Assembly: GCA_051530055.1 (NCBI GenBank)
Contig: CM121342.1
Location: forward strand, 11,919,480-11,983,479
Reading direction: 5' to 3'
Source: Neoechinorhynchus agilis
Taxonomy: Eukaryota > Animalia > Acanthocephala
Length of the DNA stretch: 64,000 bases
Shown here in pieces: positions 39,871-54,464 of this stretch. The notes under the pieces were generated by a model. The model saw only the letters and a program-made list of their open reading frames with translations, was not told where the DNA came from and made no database searches. Made by a program: the position numbers and the translations under genes. Each line of letters begins with the position of its first letter. Position 1 is the stretch's first letter.

Positions 39871-42357
39871 TCAAGTAAGCGTTTTTCGGCATCCTTTAGC
39901 TCCACACGCACAAGGAAGCTTAACGTTTTCTGCATTAAAGTTATAATCGTAAGTGATTTCTTCGCCTGGAAACAGTTTTTGTTTGCTAATAATCAAGATC
40001 TTCTTTTCCCCGTTGAGGTTTGCAATTCTGGCGTAACAGTTCGGCTAAACGGATTGAGGTTAGCCACAAGTCTGATTTTATGAACGTGCGCAAATTTAGC
40101 GATTTCCCTAACAGTCTTCGGTTCTCTTAATTTTGTACTTGATGGCGATCACAGTAACTTACCTGACAACTGTGATTGATAAATCGCGCTAGGTTTCCTT
40201 TGACAGTTGCATCAATGATAATATCACCAAGAACTCTGAACATATAGGAATGCCCGATTCCCCGTTTCTCGTATTCCGTTTCCCTCACATTGGCTACACT
40301 TTCTCTAATCTGCTCACCCATGTACTCTATCACGATTTCCTCTTTTCCGATCTCTTCACTCGTGAACAATCCCCATCCATGGATCCTTGATCGCCCCAAC
40401 TCCAATCGCCAAGGTTTGTTCTTTTAAGCGAAAATGGGTGTATCTTCTTTCACAATGAAGCTACAAACCTTAAGGTCGTAATACTTGGACACATCCGCAA
40501 GTTCCGATTCAAATAGCCGAGAAGCAGAGAACCGACTACTCTCCCGTTCTAGTCGAACGCAACTCAACGATGTTTCTTCATCCGACGTCTTTTTTAATTC
40601 CTTTATCCCATTATCAATTTCATCATATCCATCATGCGATTTAGGTTCAATAAACTGAATCTTTGAAAAAAAATCCAATCCTACAGCGTGCGATGGATGA
40701 ACATTCACCTGCTGGTGTTCGACGAACAGACAATTCATTGCCGCTTGCATGTACCGGAATTCCTGCTTCGTGTCGATCGAAACAACTGCTGAGCATTCCT
40801 CATTATCTTCATCACTGTCCTCTATCACTACTCGACGAGGCGGCTTCGTTCGTAATGATAATACAGGAAGTTTGGTGATTGGTGGTTCGGATGGCAATCC
40901 AGGGCAACGGATCCAATAGGTCAATAAACAAATGATTTCTCTCTTTTCCCTTCCTACTAAAATAGAGAATATCATTTCGGGGTACATCTCGAGCCCATTT
41001 TGCAACTTTCATGTCTACATGCCGAGTTTTGTACCTATCAATCGAAGTTTCGCTTTCATTACTCACTAGGCCGCCACCATAACGCCGAATATTACCTCGG
41101 GCCAATGGAGCTATATTTCGCAATGCGTGACAAACGTAACTGATTTGAGGAACAATTTCGAGTTTGACTCCACGCTCCGGTTTGTGGGCTAATGCGCCAT
41201 CTAAGTGAATCTTAGCTACTTTCAGAGGTGGCTCCGACAACGAAGTCTCCGAGCGATGCAAAACTCCATCATTAATTTCAGAATTTCGCTCCAGTTTCTT
41301 AGCGGTTCATCAAACGTCGCAATGAAATTAACAAGTAGAATGTGTAAAGGCTCAATAAAACACGATTAGGTAAATGTAAGAGTGCTGCGGCTTAAAATAT
41401 TTTCTCAATATGGGGACCTCCCCTGCCTCCCGGTGGCCCATTGACGATGTTTGATCTAGTGCACTCGGTAGACTTTATATGTTCCATTTCAGCGCCCACT
41501 CTATCCGTTGTTACGTCGTTTCCTAAATCATAATCTTCGTCATCGACAGTAGCGTTTGTGGGTGTCCTCGCATTCCTCTTTCTCATTAGAATCTCGGACT
41601 TCCGCACTTCTACAACATCATGTAATCGAGATTGCGCCAATTCCACCAAAATGGTCTGCAGGACGCCTTTTACGGTGCCCGATTGAACTTTTGGAGTAAA
41701 CTCCGACATACAAAGATCCACTAATCGTTGTTTTTGATCGCGATTCATCTTCTTCTCCTGCACTTCAACCACTTGTTCCTCCTGTTTATATGAATTGCCA
41801 GTTATGTTAAACATTGCTTCTACTCGACTACTCAAATCCATTTGATGAGCAGCCGGAATACCGCCTTCTTCCTCTTCATCCGTTTGGCACTTCTCTTCAT
41901 CGCTGTCTTCATTCTTTGACAAAGCGGCTCCTTCTTTGTCCTCCTGACCAGATTGAACCAAATATTTCCTAGTTTCGTTCGATTTGTGCCGGTGAGCGTG
42001 TAACGAGTGACTCAATGAGTTCTCAAAGTATTTTATAAGATGAGCTCTAAGAAAGCAATCAACCATCTCCGATTGACGTTCAAAAGTTACAGCAGCTAAT
42101 GGTTTGAATGGTATATATGAATCACTTGGTCGTTCTATCATCTTTATGGTACTAGGAAAGATTCCGATTGTATTGAACATTTGTCGGATCCACGTTTCGG
42201 TGGCGTCCAATGGCAAGTTGGATATTGTCAACTCCAAATGCGACTCTATACATTGATCGACCATGGAATGCTGCCACTAAAAGTCCAAATATATGTAATT
42301 CTAACGAACCCAAAATAAGTAAACGCGGGGATGAAAATTTTTCCATTCTTTAGTCAT
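39871..42357 (-). CDS. SETD1: Histone H3K4 methyltransferase SET1/SETD1
   Basis: N-terminal WKNF and RRM-like region; SET domain [12 protein letters not shown]...[17 protein letters not shown]...[10 protein letters not shown] and post-[13 protein letters not shown]; GT-AG introns 40045-40162 and 40421-40468, a probable short 5-prime intron, and two TA-type inserts. Confidence 0.85.
40925..40984 (-). other. TA-bounded non-canonical intron-like insert in SETD1 (58 nt)
   Basis: Sense: gatg TA ccccg aaatgatattctctatttt ... aaaagagagaaatcattt gtt TA ttgacc; excision joins two ORFs in frame as [14 protein letters not shown]. Confidence 0.75.
41300..41458 (-). other. Candidate TA-bounded insert in SETD1 (157 nt)
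   Basis: Sense: gcac TA g atcaaacatcgtcaatg ... cattgcgacgtttgat gaaccgc TA agaaactg; in-frame join ECTKKLERN; a GT-AG alternative is also in frame. Confidence 0.55.
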
Positions 42358-43209
42358 AAAGCACGATAGTGACTTAAAATACGATCCGGATGCCGATGAA
42401 TTCAGATTCGACCGTCGGCTTCAAAAAAGGTTTGCCAATTGCGATGTAAGGAACAAACTTTAAGGACTAAATCGAACAACCGCTTACTCCCGCATTATAA
42501 AAATGACATTTTGTAAAATCAAAAGGAAACTCGCTTTTCATGGAAAGCAATCGATTGAATTTTTATAGAATTGACAGTAGAAACAAAGATTTGTGGACGT
42601 AAAAAGACAATTTTCATCTTTAAGTCTGGGTAGTCGGAACACCCAGAAATCATCATCCGGGAAAAAATCCATTAAAATTTATAGACGCTGATGACGTCAT
42701 TTAGCCGGAAGAAAGCCGAGAAAGGTGTGTATGTAGGATGATAGGTGCATTCAATTGTCCGGCAATCAATTCCCAGTGGATGCATCGTACCTTTACTTTT
42801 GCAATGTGTTTGCATCTTTCCCCACTTCCAGGATCTTCCGGACGAATTTCTTTGTTTTCCACCTCGTGGTTTTGATCAGAGGATGAGCGATGAGCACTTC
42901 TTAATTTCCACACCACTTGGTCTCGAAATGTTGCAGAGCACCAAGAAGGTGACCGACTCGGACTTGCGTCCTCACCTATGTCCTTCATCACTTTTCGACA
43001 ATGTTTTTTGTAATTTTGCAGAAAAACCCGATGTCAATGGCGCGGTACGACCACCCAGAAAATCCTAAAATTTGTATTATCCGCTAGTGAGGAATTATAC
43101 TTCGATTTTTCAAGATCTAGTTACGTTTCTTCCGGCTCTTTAGCGCGTTTCTAAATGTATTTTCTTTAAAAAGGACATCGAGAATTCATCAGGGTATTCT
43201 TCTATGTGT

Positions 43210-43453
43210 TCCTGATTGAGAACAATATGATTATTTGTATTGCTTTCCATCACAAAAAGAACAGGGAATGAGGACCTCAATCCTGAGATACGATTGCTTT
43301 ACCTTGGAAAGTCAAAACCAATGCGTTGCAAAACTAGAAGTTGAGACGACGGTGAATCCGGGTCCACCATTTAGTAGTCGCCGCTGATTTTCTGATCGCC
43401 TTTAAAGACATTGACGGGAGTCCCTTTTGTCCACTAATGTTCCGAGTTTTTAA
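43210..43453 (+). repeat. About 245-bp dispersed element upstream of DHX15
   Basis: Reverse complement of 48678-48922 at high identity. Confidence 0.85.
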
Positions 43454-43605
43454 CAGAAGGCTGGGTTAGATTTGTGATCAGTATTAGATCGTCAATAGTC
43501 TTTTCAGTGTACTGAGTTCATCCGCCCCGATGCTGGCATCGAAGATAAAACTGTGCGTGGATTATTCTCATTTAGCTACAAGTTCTTCAATTTTTCCAGA
43601 ATTAG

Positions 43606-46200
<2,595 letters not shown>

Positions 46201-46269
46201 TATGGTATGTAAGGGGGCGGAATTGTCGTTCATATTAATAATAACACGTTTTATTATTGAATAAAGAAG

Positions 46270-46480
46270 AGGAATCATGCGCCCCTGGGTTCTCATGAAC
46301 ACTCGATTACCCGAGTTCTGCGGGTCCGGTCAAGTGGGAAAGTTGGTGGTTATTGTTTGTAGGGGAGTTTGTGAGGTTGGGTCTTTCCTCAAGTTAATTC
46401 CGGAGTCTTGATATCCGAGAAGATTGGGTAGTGCGAAAAAGGAGCGGAGGTGTGTAAAGGTGCGAGGTTTAGGGAGGATA
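46270..46480 (-). mobile_element. CR1/L2-like LINE 3-prime end fragment
   Basis: Similar to 47270-47460 and 50380-50560 (C/T-rich RT tail and 3-prime UTR). Confidence 0.5.
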
Positions 46481-46559
46481 AAACGAATTGGGATTAAGAG
46501 TGCTGTGCTCGTGTGAAAAGGGAGCGGTATGTGGTCGAAAGGAATATCCATCATTTTTA

Positions 46560-47230
46560 TTGCAAATCGAAGGGTTTGCCGAAGCGTTAAGAAAACCACG
46601 GGACCCTTTAGTTGCAGCCACGAATAGGGTGGCCGGCACAAGAATTAATGAAAATGTTTCTGAAACCCATAGTCTGATCAACGTTTTTGTATTGATGTAT
46701 CCGTTGAGACATACATTTCCAGTTCTTTACTACTTTTCTCTTGCGATCTGGTAAGATTTATCGTTAATTCCCGATCCTGGAATTGCTATTTCTGTCGCGC
46801 GCAGAACACGAAAATCTCCCTAGTGAACTGGGAAAGAAGTTTGTCGCTACGCCGAGTCAGAAACTTTAACCACCAGGATTCCGGTCATTACGCGACAGAT
46901 ATCTTCGTCAAATTCGCCAACTCATTTTTCGGACCCTAGGGGAAATCATAGTGAGGCGCATTTTTTGCGAAGTCGTCTAGATTCAAAATAACGAGCGGCG
47001 GTGATAGGATGTGGTTAGCTCGTTAATCGTTTTGCTGAGCACCAGCTCGAGAGGTTTTCACAATGTCGCCAAATATAAAGTAGCTGTTTATACATCGCAA
47101 CGAGTGTTAATAAGCTCGGGAACTCCTATTCAATGCAGCTAATGAATGCATGGCGACTAATCGAATTAAAGGCTCTCGTGAGGCCTATCTTGACTATAGT
47201 AGAAGGACCTTCGGTAAAACACCTTGCAGC
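46560..47230 (-). mobile_element. Decayed CRE-like RT fragment
   Basis: VKIGLTRAFNSISR motif; 46590-46900 closely matches 55555-55830. Confidence 0.55.
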
Positions 47231-47269
47231 ATCGATAATAATAGATACAAAATATAGGACCGGTGTACC

Positions 47270-47660
47270 CTTGGGTCCTCATAAGCACTCGAGTTAATAG
47301 TTGTTCAAAAAATAAATTCGGATCCGTTCAGGTGGGAATTGACGGATATTGTTTGTAGGAGCGCTTGTAAGGTTGGTAATGGAGTGTAGATATAGGTGGG
47401 TGCGAGGTCGAGGGAGGAAGAAACGAATTAGGATTACGAGTGTTGTGCTCATGAGAAAAGGGGCGGGTGAGGGAAGGTAACATAAAACAGAAGTAAAATT
47501 TAGATAGATCGGGTGAAGGGATTCCTAAATGGCGGAGATGTTTAAGGAGATAAATTTTAAAGGTGTTGAGCTTGAGGGAGAAAGTGATGTGCGAGTCCAA
47601 TTTCAAATTTGATTGAAATTGGAGACCCAGAATTCTGAGGGGAAGGCGACTCATTGGATA
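47270..47660 (-). mobile_element. CR1/L2-like LINE 3-prime fragment
   Basis: LRILGLQFQSNLKLDSHI...YLLKHLRHLG. Confidence 0.65.
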
Positions 47661-48082
47661 TATGCTTGTTAAAGTTGCTTTGAAATTTTACTGAGCGAAT
47701 GAAGTCAAAGCAACGGCAAAAATGTCTTTATAACACAATTTTAGCACATCTTCAAAGAATTTTAAGCGTCTTTGTGCTCTAAAATATAAAAGCGATTAAT
47801 GATTTTCTAGAACTATTTGATGGAAGTTGCGAATCCACTAGTGACGAACTTATGTTTCAAAGGGAATCACGTTTTAAAGGCAAATGAAGTGAATTAGATG
47901 AACACAGAACGTAAAACTTTTTCGAAAATTGAATTTAGCACACAAATCTCACAAGCAAACTTATACGATTTTCAAGCAAATAAATTGCTGATTTTTTCTC
48001 ACAAACAATTGGTTGTCGATCAACTCAGGAAAATGGGTGAAATCCCCCATTCCGAATGCATACAAAATACGGGAAAACGACT

Positions 48083-48538
48083 TTACTTTAGAGGAATAAA
48101 TCTGGACGACTTGGTTGCACCAATACCAGCCCTTCCATGTTTGACTGGTTTGTAGGTTATTGAAAACTCACCCAAATAATGGCCGATCATTTCGGGCTTA
48201 ATTTCTACCTGAGTGAACTGTTTTCCATTATAAATACCGATGACATTTCCGACCATTTCGGGTACAATGACCATGTTCCTCAAATGAGTCTTAACACATG
48301 CGGGTTTCTCCAGTGGAGCCGTGTTCGCTTTTGCTTTCGCTAACTTTCTCAACAACAAGTCACAATCCTTACCAAGCGAACGACCGAATCGTCGACGAAT
48401 TCGAGCAGGGAAAAGCTGCGCGAGCTCCGGCTGGCTCATTTCGAGCAACTTGTCCAAATCTACACCTCGATAACTGAACCTTTTGAACGTACGTCGCTTC
48501 TTGTCTTCGAGAGCTGCTGCTTTGGCGGCCGCGTCCAT
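48083..48538 (-). CDS. RPS15: 40S ribosomal protein S15 (uS19); intronless
   Basis: [20 protein letters not shown]...[16 protein letters not shown]...[33 protein letters not shown]. Confidence 0.98.
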   Translation of the reverse strand: MDAAAKAAALEDKKRRTFKRFSYRGVDLDKLLEMSQPELAQLFPARIRRRFGRSLGKDCDLLLRKLAKAKANTAPLEKPACVKTHLRNMVIVPEMVGNVIGIYNGKQFTQVEIKPEMIGHYLGEFSITYKPVKHGRAGIGATKSSRFIPLK

Positions 48539-48677
48539 TCGAGAATAAATTCACAATGCATTTAGGAAGAGCTAGCGGTAGAGAAAACGAAATACGGAAG
48601 AATGCCATTTGACGTCATTGGCATGTAAATTGTTCCATTAGGCCACTTTCAGTGTGCTACAGTTGTTAGAAAAGTCC

Positions 48678-48922
48678 GCTAAAAACTTCGAACATTAGTG
48701 GACAAAAGGGACTCCCGTCAATGTCTTTAAATCCGATCAGAAAATCAGCGGAGACTACTAAATGGTGGACCCGGATTCACCGTCGTCTCAACTTCTAGTT
48801 TTGCAACGCATTGGTTTTGACTTTCCAAGGTAAAGCAATCGTATCTCAGGATTGAGGTCCTCATTCCCTGTTCTTTTTGTGATGGAAAGCAATACAATGA
48901 ATCATATTGCTCTCACTCAGGA
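48678..48922 (-). repeat. About 245-bp dispersed element upstream of RPS15
   Basis: Second copy of 43210-43453, in the same orientation relative to its gene. Confidence 0.85.
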
Positions 48923-48999
48923 TTCTCGAAGTCGAGTCGGCGGACGAGCTGAGCACGAAAATAAATTGCTCCACGTCTACTTCTTTTTCCTAACCTTTT

Positions 49000-49965
49000 T
49001 CCCGCTTGGAGGCGGGGTCGACTGTTGAGGACTTTTGCTTCGACTTGTCCCGATCGAGAGCCTGGTCTGGGTATAGCTTCGATTCTCTAAGGTCCACGTG
49101 TAGGGTGGAGCCCTCCGTTAACTTCGACGGTCAATCCTTTCTTCGCGAGAGAGGTCCCATTTGCACGCATCAAATAACTGTACCATCTCCGTTGGGCCTC
49201 ACGCATTTTATCCTTGATCGTCATGACACCGAAGCGATTTCGAATGTCGTCGGATGATTGACATGGTCGGACAATGTGATGCCGCTCATCCATCTTAGCA
49301 TCTTTGTCTCCATGACGCTTGGGCGATGTTCGTCGTTCTTGATGATTGGCCAGCATTCGGCTCCATATAGTGCCACGGGCGAAGTACTGAGCGATAAATC
49401 CTCGACTTGAAGTGCGTCTTCATTCGCCGATCACACAGGACGGCAGTTGCTGACCGCTATTTCATCCAAGTTGCGCTGATTCTATTTGTTATTTCCCACT
49501 ATAGATCGCGGTCATTTGATATTGTCGACCCTAGGTATTTGAAGTGGTCAACGCGCGCGGCAAATTGATTTTGTCTGTGTTAAATGTGTCTTTTCGTTTG
49601 TTGATCGGTTGTTAGATATTGTGTTTTCGTCAGGTTCATCTTTAAACCGAATCTCGCCAATCTGTCTCTCCATACTTGGACCACTCTTTGAAGCTTCTCT
49701 TTGTCTTCAGATACTAGGAGAACGTCATCGGCATACAGTATTGTGAACGGCGCTGGGCGTTGGATATCTGAAGTTATCGCATCCATTACTAAGATAAACA
49801 GTAAAGGCGGCAGTGCACTTCCCTGATGAACTCCAACGCTTATCGGCTATGGTTTTGAGATTCCTGCCACATTCCTGACACGGCTCTTTGGATTTCGGTA
49901 GAGCAATGTGACCCATTCGATCAATTGTTCGGGGATTTTGTGTTGACGGACTGCATACCAAATCA
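49000..49965 (-). mobile_element. RTE-clade LINE, degenerate RT and 3-prime part
   Basis: TILYADDVLL...WRDRLARFGLKMNLTKTQY; FKYLG; IKDKMREAQRRWY. Confidence 0.8.
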
Positions 49966-49969
49966 AAGT

Positions 49970-50785
49970 GTGTGGTACTCGATCGAAAGCTTTTTATAGA
50001 TCAACGTCGTAAACACTTGCAAACAATTCTCAACCATCTCATTTCCTCGCTCTCCACCCTAAACCTCTCCCTAAATTTATCCAAATCTTTTGAGCTTGTC
50101 CCCCACATTTCCAAACACAACCTTATCCCCGCGCCTCTCCCTCTCCAACGCTCCTCTTCTCTCCGAATACTGGGCCTGATTTTACAAGAAAACCTTAAAT
50201 GGAATGCCCACATTTCATTTACACTCTCTAAAAAAACCCTAGTATTTACCTTCTCAAATTCCTCCGGCGTCTCGGCGTATCCCCTAAACACCTTGCCCAC
50301 TTTTATCTCTCTACCATCCTCCCTATCCTTACATACGCCTTCCCCATTTTCCTCGCCCTTTCCGCCAATGCTCTCCATTCGCTCGAAACCTTCCACAAGA
50401 GAGCAGCGAGAATATGCGGGACTTCACTCCCTCCCCTCGACGCCCACCTCCACTCCATTTTCTCCAAAAACGCCCTCCGTCTACTCCAACCACTTCCACA
50501 ATTTTCTTCCCTCATCTCTAAATACTCTTCCCAAGTAAACACCCGGAACCCCAACCTTTTTCATCCCCCCTCGCTCGTACTACCCTTTACCAAAAATCTT
50601 TCTTCCCTCAAGCCCAATCTTTCCTTAATAACCGGAGAACAAGGAAAGACTCCTAATCTGTCATTCTCCTGTAAACTCCAAAGACAAATCCCACCTCCCT
50701 GCCTCAACATCCGACATCCAGACAACTTCAGCAAAGATAGATGCTGGCAAGTGTATGGATCGTTTTTCTTATTCAATAAAACGTG
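49970..50785 (+). mobile_element. CR1/L2-like LINE 3-prime portion
   Basis: LSLNLSKS...LRILGLILQENLKWNAHI; ends near aataaa. Confidence 0.7.
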
Positions 50786-51108
50786 TTTGTTGTTGTAAGG
50801 CCAACGAAAAGGCCGAAAATTTTCAAGATAAATCTATTTTCTTAATCAAACATCGCTAATTGAAACTGAAACTATAATGAATACTTTCTTTACAACTATT
50901 CGATAAACAGTCGTGCTACATGAATCCCATCTGTGGTGCCACATCCTTTGACAAATCCAGCTTGATTAACAGATAAATCGAAGATATACAATAGAAAAAT
51001 AAGACGCCGAGAGATCTTAAAAAGTGCTTGTGTTAAAATGCGATTGTCGCCCAAAGTCAACTTCGGCATCGATTAGAAAATTTAATCTTCAGTTTTTTTA
51101 AAAAACAT

Positions 51109-54100
51109 TCAGTAACCAAGTTTGTCATTCAATGAAGATCGTCCGTCTCCAGATTGGTTCATTGGTGGCACCCAATCGATAAACCTTTCACTGATATCAT
51201 CATCTTTCTTGTTCACTAAAATAGGTTCAGTTTTTGACAACTTTTTTACAGGGAAAACGCGTTCGCCATCGACTTTTTTAGCTGTCACAGTCTTTTCTGT
51301 CGCTTCCCTTAAAATATCTTCCTCGAATTGCTCAATGGTTTTTTTCCAGTCACCAAAATCGGTTTTCGTAGTAGCCGCAATCCGTGCAAGATTAGTAGTT
51401 GATTTCTTTAATCGAGAAATCTCATTCAGTCTAACTTTTAATCTCAATCGCTGTCGCGAATCTAGCGCACCGTTCACAAGAGATTGAACATACGCGTCCA
51501 CGTCACCATCCTCCGCTGCTTTCTCTGCCTTCGCCGATTTGTCCAAATCTAACTTAATACCTTGCTCCTCACGTATCAGCGTCTTCATATCCTCAGCCTA
51601 AAAAGTATTAATTATCTATGTGCATTTATATCGAATGTTTTACCAAACTGCGAGTGGTTTTGATCGCTGCCATCTCCTCATTCTTCCCAACGCCCATCCT
51701 TTCCATTCGACGAGCTCTTTTCTTTTCCAAATCGCCTGTCCGATCGAAAAAGGTATCTTCATCGCTATCGTAATAATCATTTGCTTCCCAATCTCTGTTT
51801 TGTCTTTTAGTTTGTTCTTCTCGCAGCACACCCAATCTATCGAGATACTCACAAGCTTCCAGTGCGCATTTCCTAACACAGTCCGTTTTTCTACCGTCTT
51901 CAAGTGTAGTCTCTATTATAACTGAACGACCGGTATCTGGATCAATGTACGGGAGACTATCTTTTAGATTTAGAATTGAACTCGAGAAAATGAAATACTC
52001 ACGAAACACTGCAATTATGTGTGCTCCAGTCTAGAGATTTCACGTCGAACTCCAGCACTTGCCCTATGTTGATTGTGAAAAAACGAAACAGCTTATCATT
52101 TTGTTTATTTGAGCAAACATTCGAGGGACTTTTAGACAAAAATCAAAAGGACAAAATTTCTTATTTTTCCCGTGTTAAAAAACGAAAAAACTTAATGATC
52201 TTTTAGTTTGTTGAAAAAGCCAATATACCTTCCTTATCGAAGAATTGATTTAAAGCTGATTTTGGATCAGCATAGTAAAACTGATCAATTGCGTTGTAGC
52301 CATCTGTATCCTTTTCTGAAGTCACAATCAGTTGGGAGTCCACGGCTAAATCCTTCATTCCCCAGTCAATATCTCTTCGATCATTCACGTTGTTCTTGAT
52401 TCGCTTTTCTCTCACAGTTCGATTAATCCGTTTGTACTTTTCGTACAGCTTCTTCATTTGTTCACGTGAAGGAGCACGGGTATCGTCCTCAATGAGATCT
52501 TGCGGATCTAAATCGCCTTCAAATACATAAAGGCGCGTACTTGCACCAAATCGAACGCTATAACCCGATCGGAGCTCAACATAGCAGCGCTTACTAATAA
52601 GACTTTTATTAACGAAGGTTCCATTTGAGCTGCCGAGATCGTAAATGTAAAGCAACTTCCTCTCACTCGACCACTGCAAGACCGCATGGTACCGAGAAAT
52701 ACTGTCATGTTTCATTATGGCAAAATATCACAATCGGGCATGAATAGTGAACGCCTTGTAAGGAGTTGGAAAATTGCATTATCGATAAAATCTACATTGA
52801 TTGTCACATTCGCGACCAAAAAACCAATTGGTGACTGATAAAAAACAATTTTTTTACAACGGGAATTATTAAAAAATGGTTGACCTTGTGAATTCCACTG
52901 ATGTATTCATCAACTAAAACTCACAAAGTTTCAAAACCGAAAGTTCTCACAAGATTTACAAATTCTAAGTGTGAAACTTTTTTTAGAATTTTTATAAGTG
53001 GCTTAGCCGGTAGTCTTTTTTATAGATATATTATTATTCCATATACGGCCGAATGGGCACACAGTCCACCGATTTCGGTCTGGGAAGCGCTGGTCTGCGC
53101 TCAATGCCCATGGCCGTGCGGTTATGAGTTTGTACGCAACTCATCAGTGAGTTTCCGCCCTTCAGCAGTATTTTGGTCCCTTTGATGTGAGTCATCGGTG
53201 GTAACGGATTCGAACCCGTTGCCCCTTAACTGGGATCTGGAGCATCAGTCCAATTGACCACCTCAGTACACTGCTTAAGGTCGTTCAAACTTAACTGGTA
53301 TCTGGAGTGTTAGTCCACTTTACCAGCTCAGTACACTGCAGAAGGTGGCCAAGTGGACTAATGCTCCAGATCTCAGTTAAGGGTCAACGGGTTCGAATCC
53401 GTTAAAGCCGATCACGCACAACAAAAGGGGACGAAATACTGCTGAAGGGCGGAAATTCACGGATGAGTCCCGCCTCCCCGGGAGGTATCTGAGAATCCGG
53501 AGGGGTGTACAAACTTAACCGTACGGTCTTGGGGCATTGAGTGCAGACCAGCGCTTCGCAGACCGAAATCGGTGGACGGCGTTTGTCCATTCGGCCGTGT
53601 ATGGAAAAAATATCTAAATGTGAAACGTTTGAAGATTTGCTAGCAATAAAGTATTCATTCTTTAAAAAGTAGCAATCGACCAAACCAAATACTTTCCTTG
53701 ACAAACAACCGTCGGGTACACAATGCGAGTGACTACTCGTGTAAAACAGCTATAAACGAAAACGATTTTCTAAGACGCTCAAATTTTATAACCTTTAAAT
53801 AAACTGAAAGATATAATGAGTAGTGAAGATGAAGGGTAGAGATTATTACCAAATCAAGCAACGAATTGTGAAATTCTGCATTATTATATCATTATCGTTA
53901 GCCTTCCCCACTTTTGTAAAAGATCGAAAATTCGAAAGTTTCACATTTTCCAATACGGAACCGTTCTTTATTACCTCAAAACGGAAATGGGCAGGCGGAA
54001 TGTCTTTTTGAGAACACCAATCGGGTTCGAGATAGTACGTCATACAAATACGTGAGAATCGGACACCCAAAAGACACGGATTGTCGATGAGTCTTCCGGT

Positions 54101-54160
54101 TTCAATGTTCTCTTTAAAGATCGGCTTGAAACAAAAGTTTACCCGTCCACTTTGTTTCAT
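51109..54160 (-). CDS. SLC4A1AP: Kanadaptin (FHA and dsRBD-like protein)
   Basis: YLEPDW, FHA KVGK..DIIMKHDSISRYHAVLQ...DLGSSNGT, DPKSALNQFFDKEG, DYYDSDEDTFFDRTG, WVPPMNQSGDGRSSLNDKLGY; one TA-type insert plus three GT-AG introns. Confidence 0.88.
53039..53274 (-). mobile_element. tRNA-derived SINE
   Basis: Head gcagtgtactgaggtggtcaattgg...ggttcgaatcc (A and B boxes); inverted partner at 53338-53604. Confidence 0.8.
53338..53604 (+). mobile_element. tRNA-derived SINE
   Basis: ggtggccaagtgg A box and ggttcgaatcc B box; A-rich tail. Confidence 0.8.
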
Positions 54161-54464
54161 GGACTCTTTGACCGTGGTTCGTGCTCACATTCTAAAATCG
54201 CTATTTTAGCAACTTTGCGTTGTTATAGTTTCCTAGTAAAGCATTTGCTTGCGCTTTTCGAACATCGTGATAAAAGTTCTTATCCGAAATTATAGGCATG
54301 TTTTAGAAACAAGATGTATCGATGTTTTGAAAAACTTGTCCGTGTACGTTGATCGATTTGATAACATTGCAGCTAAATGTACAATATTTGCTGCCTTTGC
54401 CGAATGGATAAAAGTGAACCCGTAGATCAGTTGAAGGTATCTTCTTTTGTGACTTCTGCGATCA

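Larger units (their letters stand above)
52716..53883 (-). other. TA-bounded non-canonical intron-like insert in kanadaptin (1166 nt)
   Basis: Sense: gatataa TA at gcagaatttcacaattcg ... cgattgtgatattttgc ca TA atgaaacat; excision gives NDIIMKHDSISRYH. Confidence 0.88.

Noticed and set aside
42691-43090. Possible small gene with a tenth TA insert (TA at 42734-42735 and 42788-42789, 54 nt, in-frame join)
   Set aside because: The stem is short and bulged, GT-AG alternatives (gtgtat or gtatgt to ttccag) exist, and I recognise no homolog to arbitrate.
53338-53415. Functional tRNA gene
   Set aside because: A and B boxes are present but I could not form a full cloverleaf, and it continues into a shared SINE body.
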